A DNA stretch of 64,000 nt, taken from assembly GCF_009914755.1 (NCBI RefSeq), contig NC_060946.1; one strand, written 5' to 3'. Made by a program: the position numbers and the translations under genes. This DNA is from the human T2T-CHM13v2.0 reference genome, Homo sapiens. Shown here piece by piece: positions 37,091 through 52,885 of this stretch (the stretch's first letter is position 1; every line of letters begins with the position of its first letter). The notes below the pieces were generated by a model that worked only from the letters and a program-made list of their open reading frames with translations, did not search any database and was not told the DNA's origin.

Positions 37091-37831
37091 GGCACTCACG
37101 GACACGTTCTTAAGCTTGTTCTCCATGGCCCCAACTAGTCCAGTGGGTTCAGTAGATGAGGGTGCAGGGAAACTCACTTCTTCTTACTTAAATCATCTTA
37201 GAGGAGCAAACCAAAGATAGGAGGGAATCCTCTGTCGCCAGAGCTTCCTGCAGCCTCGCCTAGCTCACTCCTGAGAACAGGGAGAAGGACCCTGCCGGGT
37301 CAGTGACCTTCCAGGCTCTTTGATGCTGGCTCTTTTTTTACACTGCCACTCTGTGGGTGTTTGCTATCAGAAGCCATGCATTGAAACTCATGTCTTCTAT
37401 TTACAAGTTAATATATTTGTCTTACTTGTAGCACAGAAATACTTTCACGTAAGTATTATTTATTAGCTTTATGCAATGTAGCATGTTTTGTTTTATGGCA
37501 CATTTCCAGTAATAATTTCTTGGTTGGATAAAAGCCATATTGTCATCAATTTTTTTTTCTTGAAGATGTTTTCCTGAATATAAAATTTATACTTTTTATT
37601 GTAGAAAATTGGAAAGTCTAAGAAGAAAATTTAAAAACTGTTGTAATCTCACTGCTCCAAGATAATCATTGTTAACCCTTGAGTGTATTTTTCCTGTTAT
37701 ATATTTTTCACAGAAAAGTTTGACAACTCTTGCTTTAGATTCATCAAGATTCTTTTCACAGAAAAACAGTTTTATTTTGATAAATTCTGAAGATTCCTTT
37801 TCTTTTCTTTCTTTTTTATTTTTTTGGCTAG

Positions 37832-37963
37832 GTTTCTGCCTCAATGCTCAAGCAGTTTCCCAACAGTGGCCTGAGTCCAGGTCTTTTCAATGTGGGGCCC
37901 CAGTTATCTCCTCAACAAATTGCCATGCTGAGCCAGCTTCCACAAATTCCCCAGTTTCAGTTG
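37832..37963 (+). CDS. TNRC6B: TNRC6B coding exon (probable exon 13), 132 nt
   Basis: Long T tract, ggctag|GTT...TTG|gtaagt; encodes [13 protein letters not shown]...[16 protein letters not shown]. Confidence 0.95.
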
Positions 37964-38286
37964 GTAAGTAGAAGATTTTCTTCCTGTGGCTAAAAAGGTC
38001 ATTTGCTTTTTTTTTTTCTTTAGCTTTGATTTGCTTCCCACATCTTTGCCACTTTCTATGTTCAAAGGGTGCTAGTCCACACTTCTTTGCAAACTATGGA
38101 GTGTGCTTAAGGGTTGTCAGCTCAACTGGAGGAAAATGTAACCAAGAGACCGGGAATTTGGTGTTACTTCCCTCCTGGATACTTTTGATTGTGTGACCTG
38201 TACTTCAGTGCACAGACCCTTTAGGTGTCCTCAGTAAATCAATCTCAGGAAACTTTGGTTTTCTGTCTTTCCCCCTTGTTTTGTAG

Positions 38287-38382
38287 GCATGTCAGCTTCT
38301 CTTGCAGCAGCAGCAACAGCAGCAGTTGTTACAGAACCAGAGAAAGATTTCTCAAGCTGTACGCCAACAGCAAGAGCAGCAG
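38287..38382 (+). CDS. TNRC6B: TNRC6B coding exon (probable exon 14), Q-rich, 96 nt
   Basis: ttttgtag|GCA...CAGCAG|gtacgt; encodes [32 protein letters not shown]. Confidence 0.95.
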
Positions 38383-38526
38383 GTACGTGGGTAGGCAGGG
38401 TCCCTCCAGTGCTGTGTTGGAGGAGTACATCCCGGCTTAGCCTCTGATGGCAAAGAACCGGGCACAGTCTTTTCCTGGGAAGTTCGGGGCCGTGCTTATC
38501 ACGTGTCTGTCTCTCTTGGCCCTCAG

Positions 38527-38710
38527 CTGGCTCGAATGGTGAGTGCACTGCAGCAGCAGCAGCAGCAGCAGCAGAGGCAGCCAGGCATGAAGCACTCGCC
38601 CTCTCATCCTGTTGGGCCCAAGCCGCATCTGGACAACATGGTACCCAACGCATTGAATGTGGGGCTCCCAGACCTTCAAACCAAAGGGCCAATACCTGGA
38701 TATGGTTCTG
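38527..38710 (+). CDS. TNRC6B: TNRC6B coding exon (probable exon 15), Q-rich, 184 nt
   Basis: ccctcag|CTG...TCTG|gtaagt; encodes [19 protein letters not shown]...PGYGS. Confidence 0.95.
38551..38574 (+). repeat. (CAG)8 coding trinucleotide repeat (polyQ)
   Basis: Eight uninterrupted CAG codons. Confidence 0.95.
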
Positions 38711-38960
38711 GTAAGTTGTTGGTAGAGAAAATTACCTTTTTAGAAATCTGCCTCTCTAGGCCTGTGGTAGGGGTTGCACCTGCATTACCCTCCTTTTTTA
38801 TGTCAGCTGTACAAGGTAGGTAAATATTCTTATCCCTGGTTTACAGATGAGACATCTGAGGCTTCTTGAGTTTCAGTGGGTTTCCAGAGCTCACCACATG
38901 GTTACTAAATAGCAGAGCCAGGCCTCTAACTTCTCTGGCTCCAAAGCAGTCTTTCTTTTT

Positions 38961-38979
38961 TGTGTGTGTGTGTGTGTGT
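38961..38979. repeat. (TG)9 microsatellite
   Basis: tgtgtgtgtgtgtgtgtgt. Confidence 0.9.
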
Positions 38980-39029
38980 CTGGTTTATTTTATTTAACAC
39001 AGTAAAGGCTCATACATGCTATAGCACAT

Positions 39030-39220
39030 ATCAGAATTCATCCCTTTCTAAGGCTGGGTAATACTCCATTGTGCAGATATACCACAGTGTGTTTACCCAC
39101 TTTTCTGCTGAAATGGATAAACTTGGATTGTTTCCACCTTTTAACTACAAGTTGAGCATCCCCTAATCTAAAAATCCAAAATGCCCCAAAATCTGAAACT
39201 TTTTGATCACCAGCATGAAG
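39030..39220. mobile_element. L1M fragment followed by Tigger4/MER46-like end
   Basis: tactccattgtgcagatataccaca...ttggattgtttccac, then tacaagttgagcatccc...aatctaaaaatccaaaatgccccaaaatctgaaactttttga. Confidence 0.65.
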
Positions 39221-39729
39221 CCAGCAGTCTTTCAATACGTGTGTATGAATGGCAAACTGCTCTCCTACCGCCGGGAATTTTTAAAACCCTATTTAAATGC
39301 TTGTGCATGCTGTGAGTGGTACACATGGCTGAGGTTATGATCTGTTAAAATATGTACTAGTTTGAAATGTTTTAGTGTACTCATATTAATAAAATTGCCT
39401 TCTATAGAAAAAATGAACTAAAATTATAGTGCAGATTGATAAAAATTCATTTGATATTAGTATTTCATCTGATTTAAATAGAATTAGAACAAGTAAGGTT
39501 ATGCCTTTAACATTCTTCAAGAATTTTTTGGCAGGCAAATCATAGCTCTTTCAGAACTGGAAAACATGCTGTAAGCAGAATCTAATTGGTGAGGAAACAG
39601 TGATTTCAAAACAAAATTTTAAAATGGAAAAGATACCACACACCATCATAGTTTCATCTCAAACTGACAACATTTAGAATTTATCTTCTAAAGAAGATAC
39701 TGTTCTACGCACACTCAAAAAACGAGTTG

Positions 39730-41304
<1,575 letters not shown>

Positions 41305-43189
41305 TTAGTTAGCATTATTATATTTGTTTGAATTGAAGAATACATTTTAGGTCTGAAAGTTAGATTTGGCTGCCTGTTTTGAATAGATTATTTGATGAAA
41401 ATATATTTAAAGCATATATAGAAATTAAAAAATTTTTTCTAATAAATTAAATGCCGAAGATGTAATGAAATGAACAGTCTTTCAGTTTTCCTGATGCTAA
41501 GTATGTTGAACTAAAAAGGATACCTCTAAGTGAAAGAGTAGCAAGAATAATTGAAAGTTTCTTAATATGTCTTGATAAAGCCTCTTTGTTACATTATCTC
41601 AAAATTAAGAATTTGAATGACTAATGACTGCTTAACTAATCCTTACTGATTCTTTTGTAAAACAGATGGTTTCTAATTCTGTCCTTTTAGCAAAATTGAA
41701 AATATACCTAATTGAGGTTGAGTGCGTGGCTCATGCCTGGTAATCCCAGCACTTTGGGAGGCCAAGGTGAAGAGTGAGAGGGAGAGGGAGACAGAGAGAA
41801 AGAATACCTAATTGAATTGTTAGGTGATAATGACCTATCTAAAAATTATATTTTAGTATCTGTGTTACTGGGCTAGGGGAAGGAACATATACTTTAAAAG
41901 AAATTCGAGAAGTAAGTTATAACAAGACTCCTTCTGTTCCCATCTACTTATTTATATGAGTCAAATTTCTTAGTGCTTTATGTCAACAAAGAAATTTAAA
42001 ATAAGATGGTAGCGAAAATTCTCATTATAGTAAGGAGTGTTGGTTACCGTGGATATCTGAACTCATTTAGAAACAAAGTAATTCATCTTCTTAGAAAATG
42101 CATTTCTGATAAAATTTCACTTTTTATGTTTAAAATTTATCAAAATTTGTAATATTTATTTGGTATATCCCTGTGAAAAGTAAAGCTGAATAAATATTGG
42201 AGATTATAAAAATGACAGAAGAGTAATTGTATCTATGCTGCAATTATGATTGTGTCGATACCAAGTGTACATGTGGACACGGACTTAGAACAGTTGTGTT
42301 AGGATGGCCAATTATGGGTGATTTTTTAAAAATAATTATAGAAACTAGTTTGTTTTTTAATGTATAGCAAAAAGAGGAGCAGAAAACAGAACTGTAAACA
42401 GAGAGAGTGAAGGCAGGATCAGTGTAAGGACAAGTTAATTTAAGAGCATTTCCTCAAGGATGTAAGAATGGAGCCAAAAGTCGTGAACAGACCATGAATT
42501 AGGGTGTGTGGAGAATGAGAGAGAGTAATTCTAGCAAAGACGCATGAGGCAGGCAAAGGGTTGTCCTTGCATGAATGATAAAAGCAGGTGACAGGCAAGG
42601 GGCATGTCTTACCTCTACTTGTACCTCAGCTCCTAACACAGGGCCTGGCACAGATTACACTGTCCATAAATATTCATTGAACTGAACTAAATGGCTTAAT
42701 TTGAGCTAAAGCTCTGTGTTGGTGAGAAATTTCAGGGAAACCACTTGGTGGACTAAGGAAATTTTGTTTTGCTGTAGTGGAAAGTACAATACAGTCAGTA
42801 TTTTCTTGGGTTTAGAGATACGACAGCTTGTAAATAGCCGAAGGTCACTAGCGAAGCACCATCTCTTCTTTGTTAGTGCACCCACTAGAGCACAGTGTCC
42901 CAGAATTCCTTCCATCAAAATGCATCAGACACATTCCATATCCTAGCGTCAGGCTGGTTACTACGTGACATCAAAGAAAATTATGTCCGTCTTCGCCTGA
43001 TTTTTCCTCTCATACTTTGGGGTTTGTAGATTGAACCTTTCAAGGCAATTTTCTCACCTATTCTTTCTCTTACCCCTTGGATTATTTTTCCTGACCAAAC
43101 CTTGTGAGGCAGCGCTGGGACTGCCCTACTGTGGTGGCATTTGATCCCCAAGTCTCTAATGAGAAAAGTGCCCGCTTTCTCTAAGGTTC

Positions 43190-43345
43190 TTGCCTTTCCT
43201 TGCTTGCTTACTTTTTCTTTCTCTTTCTCTTTCTTTCTCTCATTCATTTTCTTTCCTTCTTTCCTCTTATGTTTCTCTTTTTTCGCTTTTTTCTTTCTTT
43301 GCCCTTTTGCTATAACTTTAATTTTCTGCATTTCATTTGTCACCA
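43190..43345 (+). repeat. CT-rich low-complexity polypyrimidine tract
   Basis: About 150 nt dominated by TTTC/TTC/CT. Confidence 0.8.
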
Positions 43346-43387
43346 AAAAAGCTCTAAGCAGCTGAAATTAAAGAAATTTAATTCACT

Positions 43388-44376
<989 letters not shown>

Positions 44377-45888
44377 TCATTTGAAATATTTTCATCTCAT
44401 TCTAAAGATTTCTGCTCCCCACCCCCACCCTCCACTCTCCAATCATTGTGAACTAGTAAATTCGGTTACAGAGTGTGAAAGAACACTGTTCTTTATATAA
44501 ATAGCAACATTTTGAACATGGGTCAGGAAGGTGTTAGACTTTTACTTGATTTATTATGTGTTTATCAAACTATCCCAGACAACTAGGATAAGCACAGGGG
44601 AGGAAAAACACAACCTGGTCCCTTAGTGGGATTTGGAGAGATGAAAATTGAGGACCCTTTATGGGTATAGTGTGCAGTCTGGCCTGGCTGGAGTTGCACA
44701 TCTTGGGGCAGAGAAGCTTGGCTCTGCCGTGGTGGGAGGCTTGCTCGCCTCCCTGGGATGCCTGCGCTCGTGCTGCCGCTCTGCGCTCCCTGTGGCTCAT
44801 TCTCATTTTTCTATGGTCATTTATTATTCTCCCCCTCCCCTGTTTCATCATTTTAGTCCTTTATTTTACTTTTTTGAGAGTTTTTATGAACAGGTGTCAC
44901 ACACATTCTGACCCAAATGGATGACGGACCCTGTTAGACTCCGTCATCCAGATTCTGCTGTGTGGCTTCCAGCTCTCCAGCTCTGTGCAGTGGGAACACA
45001 TTACCCACCAAGACTCTTCCCCTGAAGCTTACCTGGGGCTCTTGGCAAAGTGAGCTCAGAATCTCGAACTACCCACCTACTCAAGCTTTGGTGTCTTCCT
45101 CATTGCTTAAAGACTACTTTCAAATTTATCTTTCAGATTCTGCCCTGACCTCCACCCACCCCACACTCAGGCTGCCAATTCTCTTCCTAAAATACATACT
45201 AGTTATCCTCTTACATGCTTAAAATGTTCACTATCTTCTTATCCTAGAGAAAAAAAGATCCGAACTCCTTGGCCTAATATATAAAGACCCTACATGACAC
45301 AACTTCATTTCTCCTCATCCCCCACCACTCTCCGCCTCACTTCATCCCAGAGTTAGCTAACCATTGGAGTCATTTGAATGTCTCACCATTCCCTAAACAC
45401 ACTTGATTATCAAGAGTCAGAGCTTTGTACTTGGTTTGCTTGACTTCCCCAAATACCTCCCTGAGGCCCTAGATCACATCTTCCTTCTGCAAACCCTTTC
45501 CTCCCCCAAGATACCCTGACTACAGCTTTGTTGCTGCTGTTGCGCTACATTGGCTGGATGTCGTCTTCTCCATCTCAGTTTGAGAGTGGCTGGCCCCAGC
45601 CTCCTGTCTGGCACAAATGTCAGCTAAATGAAAAAGGGCGTGCAGGAATGCACTGAGACAGACCTGATCGATGGCAGTCATACACATCTTCACGCCTTCA
45701 CAGAGAGACATCACTTATTTAGCGAGCAAGAGCCAAGATCAAAGCTTGGAATCAAAAATACCTGTTTCTGAGTGGAGAAACTCTGTGAATTAGTCTTTGA
45801 ATGACACTTGAAGGCATTCCTGGACTCTGCTTCAGAACTCTTGATACTGATGCTGGAGACTTATAAAATGTGGTCTTCTCCTTTTTAG

Positions 45889-46026
45889 GCTTCAGCTCTG
45901 GCGGCATGGACTATGGCATGGTTGGTGGGAAGGAGGCTGGAACCGAGTCTCGCTTTAAACAGTGGACCTCCATGATGGAGGGGCTGCCCTCTGTAGCCAC
46001 ACAGGAAGCCAATATGCACAAAAATG
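45889..46026 (+). CDS. TNRC6B: TNRC6B coding exon (probable exon 16), CIM-1 region, 138 nt
   Basis: ctttttag|GC...AATG|gtaaga; encodes [13 protein letters not shown], the CCR4-NOT-interacting motif region. Confidence 0.95.
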
Positions 46027-48193
46027 GTAAGAGAAGCACTGAAAGCTAGAGCCCCCAACCCACAGCAGGTCTTGATGAAACATCTTATAAGACTATTTTG
46101 AAGTACAGAACTTGGTATTCATTTTCCTTGTGAATCCTATGATTGCCTGTGGAGGAAGGTCAGAGTCATGTGTATGTTGAATTACAAGAAATATAAAGTA
46201 CTAGTTCTAATTAAAGGGAGCAGAATTTTTCAGCCACCATGATTGAGGGTGGTAGCAGTGAACTTGGGCACCCACCAAGGTGAAACCCTAATAAGTTGGC
46301 TGAGGGAACAGAGTCAGCTTGTTGAGTTTGTTTTGCGGAGCAAGGGATCATAACAATACCTATCTTGTTGGTTGTTTGAACCATAATAAATTTATCGGCT
46401 TTAAAAAATTTTCCTGCCTTTTAATCTCCAAAAGAGGACTAATAGATCATAATACATGAGATTTGAACTTTTCACAAAGCTTTCTTATTCTATGTGAATT
46501 AGAGTGTCTGCAAGACAGCATTTAAGGGCATTGCAGGCTTTGGTCGTGATGTTGGTCGGCTTTTCCTCTCAGTTTCTCTCTATAAGGGCTTCTCCATTTC
46601 CTGTAAAACAGATAAAAGGTCTCAGAACCTTCCTTCAGCCTTTGTTTCAGTGTTTGTTTCATTTGACAGTAATTCACTTGGACTTAACTGTATCCATGAG
46701 AACCAAGTATAAATAGGTGTCCGGCTGTTCCTGCTGCAGCGCCCTGGCAGGCCCCAGCCCCAGCCAGGTCATTCAGTCTGAAGCCTTTCAGGTTTCCTTT
46801 ATAAACCACTCTTTAATAAGCCCATCCAGGAGGCTGGTGAAATGCCCACGTGGAGCTCTCTGCCTGCCATCCCTAAGCATTATCATTTGGTTTCATGGCA
46901 TGAAGTCAAAAATGATTTATTGAAATTGTAAAATCTGTTTGTGGACTGAATAATCTAAGCCCACTGATATCTACAGCTTTGGGCACTTTCAATGCTTCCT
47001 TAGGCTGATGATTCACCAGGTCCCCTTGTCCCCAAAGACATGATAGGTGCATGATAATAAATCTGAAATGGCATGTGAGAGGATATCTCAAAGGCAAAAT
47101 CTCTACTTGCCTTTTTAGAGCTTATAGATCATGTTTTCCCATTTCCTTAGCAATCCCCAAAGTAATTGAGCTTGTCATTTTCCACTGCTTCACCATAATG
47201 TGCCTCTGAGCCAGATTTGTCAGTGGCTCCAGAAAAGTAAATGCCCTCTTAGCCTGAGTATGGAGGTAGTTTTGATAATATTCCCATTAGGCTGCATCAC
47301 CCTGGAAATAATTTTATCCCTTCACAAGCAGCATCCTAAGAATAGATCAAGTGACCCAATATAGTATGTAAAATTCATTTGAGAAATAAGTAGACTGGTA
47401 TCTCACTGATACCTAAAATTTTATTCAAAGTGCATGTTCTGTTAGTTCAAGGTAATTTTAAGCTTTTAATTATTTTCCTGCCCCATAGCATATAAAATGC
47501 ATGATGGGGGCAGCGACAAAACCACTGAAGTGCTCTCAGGAAACCAGTTACAAAGGATTTGCTGTTCTTCATGTGTGAGGCCACGGATCCCAGAGCTGCA
47601 GAGTTCATTGCTGGTCTTGTGCTGGCAAAGACCCTAGGCGGGAATTCCATCTCATTGCGTTGGAATTTAAAGCAATTGCAGATGCTTTTCCCTCCAATGG
47701 ACTCTCTGTTTACACTGCTGCTTCCAGCTAATCTAAGCCTGATCAGCCAGCCCTTAAGAACCTGGGTGGATAGCATCAGTAGAAATTTAGTTAAAACCTT
47801 CTTATGTGCTACAAATGGTTAGAATTTTCCCCATTTCTCACTCTTGAGTCGTTAGCATAGAAACTAGGGATAATGGTCAGATTCCTAGTATGTGAACGTT
47901 TCATTAATTTCATAAGACCATGGAATTTTAAAACTGAAAGGAACATTCAAGCATGAGAACAATCCTGTGTGCCTAAGTGAGGAACTGAGAGGCTCAGAGA
48001 GGCGAAATGACTTGTTGTTGGTCATGCTGCTTAGTAATTCTGTGCTGAGTCTCGAATGCAACCTCTTATTCCAGTGCTGTTTGTATATACTCCATCAGCT
48101 TCAGAAGACTGTTTGCATTCCAGCGAATAAAAAATAGACAAGTTCTATTCATAGGAGTTATTCTGGATGATTTAATTTCCTCTCTTTTCTCAG

Positions 48194-48370
48194 GCGCTAT
48201 AGTGGCCCCTGGTAAAACCCGGGGAGGGTCACCGTACAACCAGTTTGATATCATCCCTGGTGACACACTGGGTGGCCATACGGGTCCTGCTGGTGATAGC
48301 TGGTTACCTGCCAAATCTCCACCAACAAATAAAATCGGAAGTAAATCCAGCAATGCCAGTTGGCCTCCAG
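48194..48370 (+). CDS. TNRC6B: TNRC6B coding exon (probable exon 17), 177 nt, N-terminal half of PAM2
   Basis: ttttctcag|GC...CCTCCAG|gtattg; ends KSSNASWPP. Confidence 0.95.
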
Positions 48371-48918
48371 GTATTGTCTAGGAAATGCTTTTCCCAGGAT
48401 AGCATTTGTTTTGTAATTGTCAGTTTCAGGTTCAGAATACATTGCTTTTGTGATTCATGTTACTAAGGTACTTGCTTTTATTTTTTTCATTCAATAATTG
48501 TCTGTTAGAAGCAAGGCATGTGCTGTGGGAAGATAGAAAATTTTCATTAGATGGGGAATCTGGGGATAAGTGACATTGTAGGTGGGACTTTGCATTCGTC
48601 CCATGCATAGGATGCCTTGTAACATGGGTTCTTTTGAAGTGTCTGTTGAATTGATTTGTTAGTTCTTAGGCAAGTGTGTATTACCAGTTAGCTTCTAGGT
48701 ATGCAGTAGCGATTGCAATGAGATTATTTGTTAATTCTTTTCTTTCTGTCCCTCCCTTTTGTTGGATATAGTAATCTATTCTCATGATAGAAAAATGAGA
48801 ACATTTAATAAAGCAAAAATTAAAATCAGTAATTCCATAAATATATATCCTCCTAGACCTCTTTCTGTGCATGCGTATTTGTGACATGAATATGTATAGT
48901 TTCGTTTTATTAAGGTAG

Positions 48919-49218
<300 letters not shown>

Positions 49219-49881
49219 CAAAGTAGAACTGTATAATGCAGATCGTTCATATATAATACACATTGCTCTTTCTCATCACGATTTGGAAAATAAAAGTTTA
49301 TTGTGTCACATAGCCTTAAAATTTTAAAATGATTTAAATTGACCAATAAAAAAATTCCGAGCCCTTATGTATATTCTAGGCTTTCTTTTGCTAAGCTAAA
49401 TTATCCCTGCTGGTTATCCCTGGACATTCTGTGTAGCAGTATCATTTGTATTACATTTTTTGCATTTTGGCCAACATCTCGTAAGGAAAATGAGAAAGAG
49501 CACTGATCTCTAGCCCATATTTTCACCGGTTCTTGGCCTAGATGCTGGGATGATTCTTGTGAACACCAGAGTCCTTACTCCTGCTTTCCCTGCCTTCAGC
49601 CCTGAAGTCTCCTGGGAGCAGGAGGATCAGGTTACTGGGGACAGGCTCTGATGAGCTGTGGCTTCCAGTTGACTGCCACAGACAGTGTGATAAAACAAAG
49701 GTGCTGTTGGCAAGAGTATGTTCATGGTGATTTTTTTTTCCTTAATTTTGTGATGAAAATCTAAGAGACAATAAATTCAGTATTTATACTTTTCACAGAC
49801 CCATTTCTTATGTCAAAAAAAGTACTATATCATTTTTTTTTAACGACCTTCCTTCTCTAATATTTGTTTTCCTTGTCTCAG

Positions 49882-50028
49882 AATTCCAACCAGGAGTGCC
49901 ATGGAAAGGTATCCAAAACATTGACCCTGAATCTGACCCCTATGTCACCCCAGGAAGTGTGCTGGGGGGTACAGCCACATCTCCCATTGTAGATACTGAC
50001 CACCAACTGCTGCGGGATAACACCACAG
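49882..50028 (+). CDS. TNRC6B: TNRC6B coding exon (probable exon 18), 147 nt, C-terminal half of PAM2
   Basis: ttgtctcag|AA...ACAG|gtactt; encodes [27 protein letters not shown] (GW182 PAM2 motif). Confidence 0.96.
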
Positions 50029-50278
50029 GTACTTGAGCAAAGCATCTCTTACATGTTCAACACCCAGCATTTTCATAGTTGTCAGTTTGTGACTTCATTT
50101 GTACTTGCTGGTACCTAAAAGTTTAACCAAAAAATGTAAAAAGATTGCTTTTCACTTTTATTTGTTAGACATATTTTGTCCTCCATTCTATTGAAGTTTA
50201 AACAAAATACTCTCAAGGTTTCACTGGTTATACTGACATTTATCTTCAGTATTTTCTTCTTGTTCTTTGTTACCCAAG

Positions 50279-50374
50279 GGTCTAATTCTTCCCTCAACAC
50301 CTCGCTGCCTTCACCTGGTGCCTGGCCCTACAGTGCCTCTGACAACTCCTTTACCAACGTTCATAGCACTTCAG
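50279..50374 (+). CDS. TNRC6B: TNRC6B coding exon (probable exon 19), 96 nt
   Basis: tacccaag|GG...TCAG|gtatga; encodes [20 protein letters not shown]. Confidence 0.95.
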
Positions 50375-51545
50375 GTATGAGTGTGAATTTTTTGTTTCCC
50401 TTTGGTTAGCACTTTTTCATCAGGTTCCCTTTTATAAAGGAAACTGGCATGTATTTCATAAGATATACTCTTACAGAAGTTCAGTAGCATAGGTCAGTAT
50501 AGATGGAAGCACATCTTTTCTGTTTGCTATGTCTTTGAGGAACTTCTAGTCTCAGGAAGGATGAGCCAGATACAGCTTTGGGATGAGGCCGGTAGTGACA
50601 TAACTGCAGGGAGCTGGCATATCCAGAGGGCTGGAGTCACGTCCTAATGACACACATGCTTCTCTTTTAACAAGGCTGCCAAGAAGTCAAGGGTCATGAG
50701 AAGAACCAGTGAAGGCCAGGTTATTATTCCTAAGATAGCCAATAATAGCTAGCTTTTCTCTAAAAATCCTCCCACTTATAGACAAAGGCTAAGGGCAGAT
50801 GGCCAAAGGAAAAAAAAAAAAGGACCTTGATTCATTTTACCATCATTTGGTAAGTTCCTCATGGTTTTTTAAAAGATATTAGGAAATGGAAAAGTTGGTG
50901 GATATAATAAAGGCTTTGAAGTCACTCACTGAGCATAGTGCCTTACTGATTGGTAGACATATTAGTAATTGGCACCTTTAGTTTGCACAAGTCGGACCTT
51001 AAGCTGTTAAAGTCATTATGACTTACGTGCTTTGCCCAGGCAAAAGCAAATAAAGTAGACCTTTGTCCAACTACGAAGACGCTGCAGGTTAGTGGGCTAA
51101 ACATTGTCTTGTTCTCCTTCCCACCTCTCTGTCATATCAGCAGTGCAACAATAACCTACCACTCACTGAATGATCCCACAGGCCAGGCATCATGCTAAAC
51201 CTTCCACGTTAATTTTTATTTTACCTTCACCAAAGGCTATGAGTAAGTCCTGTTGTTACCCCTATTTTGTGGATAAAGAAACTAAGTGAGGTTCTGAGAG
51301 CAGATATAACTTGCCTCAGTTCTGAGCAAGTATGTAAAGGAGACATCTCAATATTCCGGGTTTTGAACCACCACCCTACATTACACTTTTGTAGGATTTC
51401 TTTTACATGTAAAAACTTAACTCTGGTTACCCAACTCTTTTACACCTATAAATGCCCATATCTCAGATTGAACTATGTGTCTTTTTCCAACAGTTGAAAA
51501 TTCATCTGAGAGATGGCCCAAGAATCACCTCAGACTTGTCTAAAA

Positions 51546-51660
51546 CTGAACCTATACTTCCCCACCCCCAAAAGTGTCTTTCCTTCTCAACTCAGTTATG
51601 TTTCTTAATAATGATCTCATGCATCATTTAGTTACAAAACCTCAGTATTTTCTTCCTCTT
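51546..51660 (+). repeat. Local direct duplication B, copy 1 (partner 54481-54596), within L2-like sequence
   Basis: Shared ctgaacctatacttcc...aaagtgtctt...gatctcatgcatcatttagttacaaaacctcagtattttct. Confidence 0.9.
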
Positions 51661-52660
51661 TCCTCTCTCTCTCAATCCCTGGATCCAGGCAGTTATGATT
51701 TCTCTTTAGTGATTTATTCTGCAATCATATTTCAAATATCCATTCCTTCTGTTCCATTCTATTTACTATCACAGTAGTTTAAACACTCCATGCTGAATCA
51801 GTTGCAAAAACTCCTGATATGTAACCTCCTTTACCTCTCTGCCCCTGTGAACTGTTCAACCAAAATTGGGGGGGAACATATTCCATACACAGAGAGTTTA
51901 TGTTGAACCTTGGTTTACACATTCCTGTTTCTTTGTGCCCATCCATTTATGTAAATCCTTCAAGAGCTGTCTTTATAAAGCCTTTGCTGCAAGCCCAGCG
52001 TTCTTGATCCCCTCTGCATATTGAGCTTACGTGATGATGTTGGGGTCACCACTTCTGTTGCTCATCTGTTCTGTGTTCCCATCTGAGCTTGAGGTTCTCA
52101 GGGATAATTGTTTCTATTCCTCACAGCACTGATTTCGTGCCGTATGCATAGTAAGCCCTTAGTGAATATTTCTTGATTGTTTTTAAAGAATCTATGTGAA
52201 CATCAATATCTAATAGACTGGATCAAGGCACAAGAAAAGTGTAATTTACTAATTACTTTCTATTCAGTCAATGATTATTTATAGAATACTTTATTCTGCT
52301 AATGTTCACATTCTCACTGTTACCCAGAAGCTGGTATCTTTAGGAAGACTTTCTCCTTGAATGTGTCCTCCTTTTCAAGTCATTTTTAGCTAAGAAAGCA
52401 GTAGAGAATTGGTTATCTTATTAAATCTTTAATTCATATGATAATTCTATCAATTCAGAGTAGTAGTCACTGAAAATTTTATGTTCGTTATGCTCTAAGA
52501 ACAGTGTTATTTTGTATTGCTGTGCTTAAAATGTGTACTATTACTTTTTAGAATATAAATGTGCATGTATTTATGTGTATGTAGATAAAACTCATGTGTA
52601 TTTTGTCAACAAAAGTGAACCGTCTAACCTTATTCCTTCCTTAATTTTCTCTTCTTACAG

Positions 52661-52885
52661 CAAAGTTCCCTGATTACAAATCAACATGGTCCCCAGATCC
52701 CATAGGACACAACCCCACTCATCTCTCCAACAAGATGTGGAAAAACCATATTTCCTCCAGGAACACTACACCGCTGCCCCGCCCACCTCCTGGTCTGACC
52801 AACCCCAAACCATCATCTCCCTGGAGCAGCACAGCACCCCGATCAGTCAGGGGGTGGGGGACACAGGACTCACGGCTCGCCTCGG
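52661..52885 (+). CDS. TNRC6B: TNRC6B coding exon (probable exon 20), 225 nt
   Basis: cttcttacag|CA...TCGG|gtgagg; encodes [13 protein letters not shown]...[12 protein letters not shown]...DSRLAS. Confidence 0.95.
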
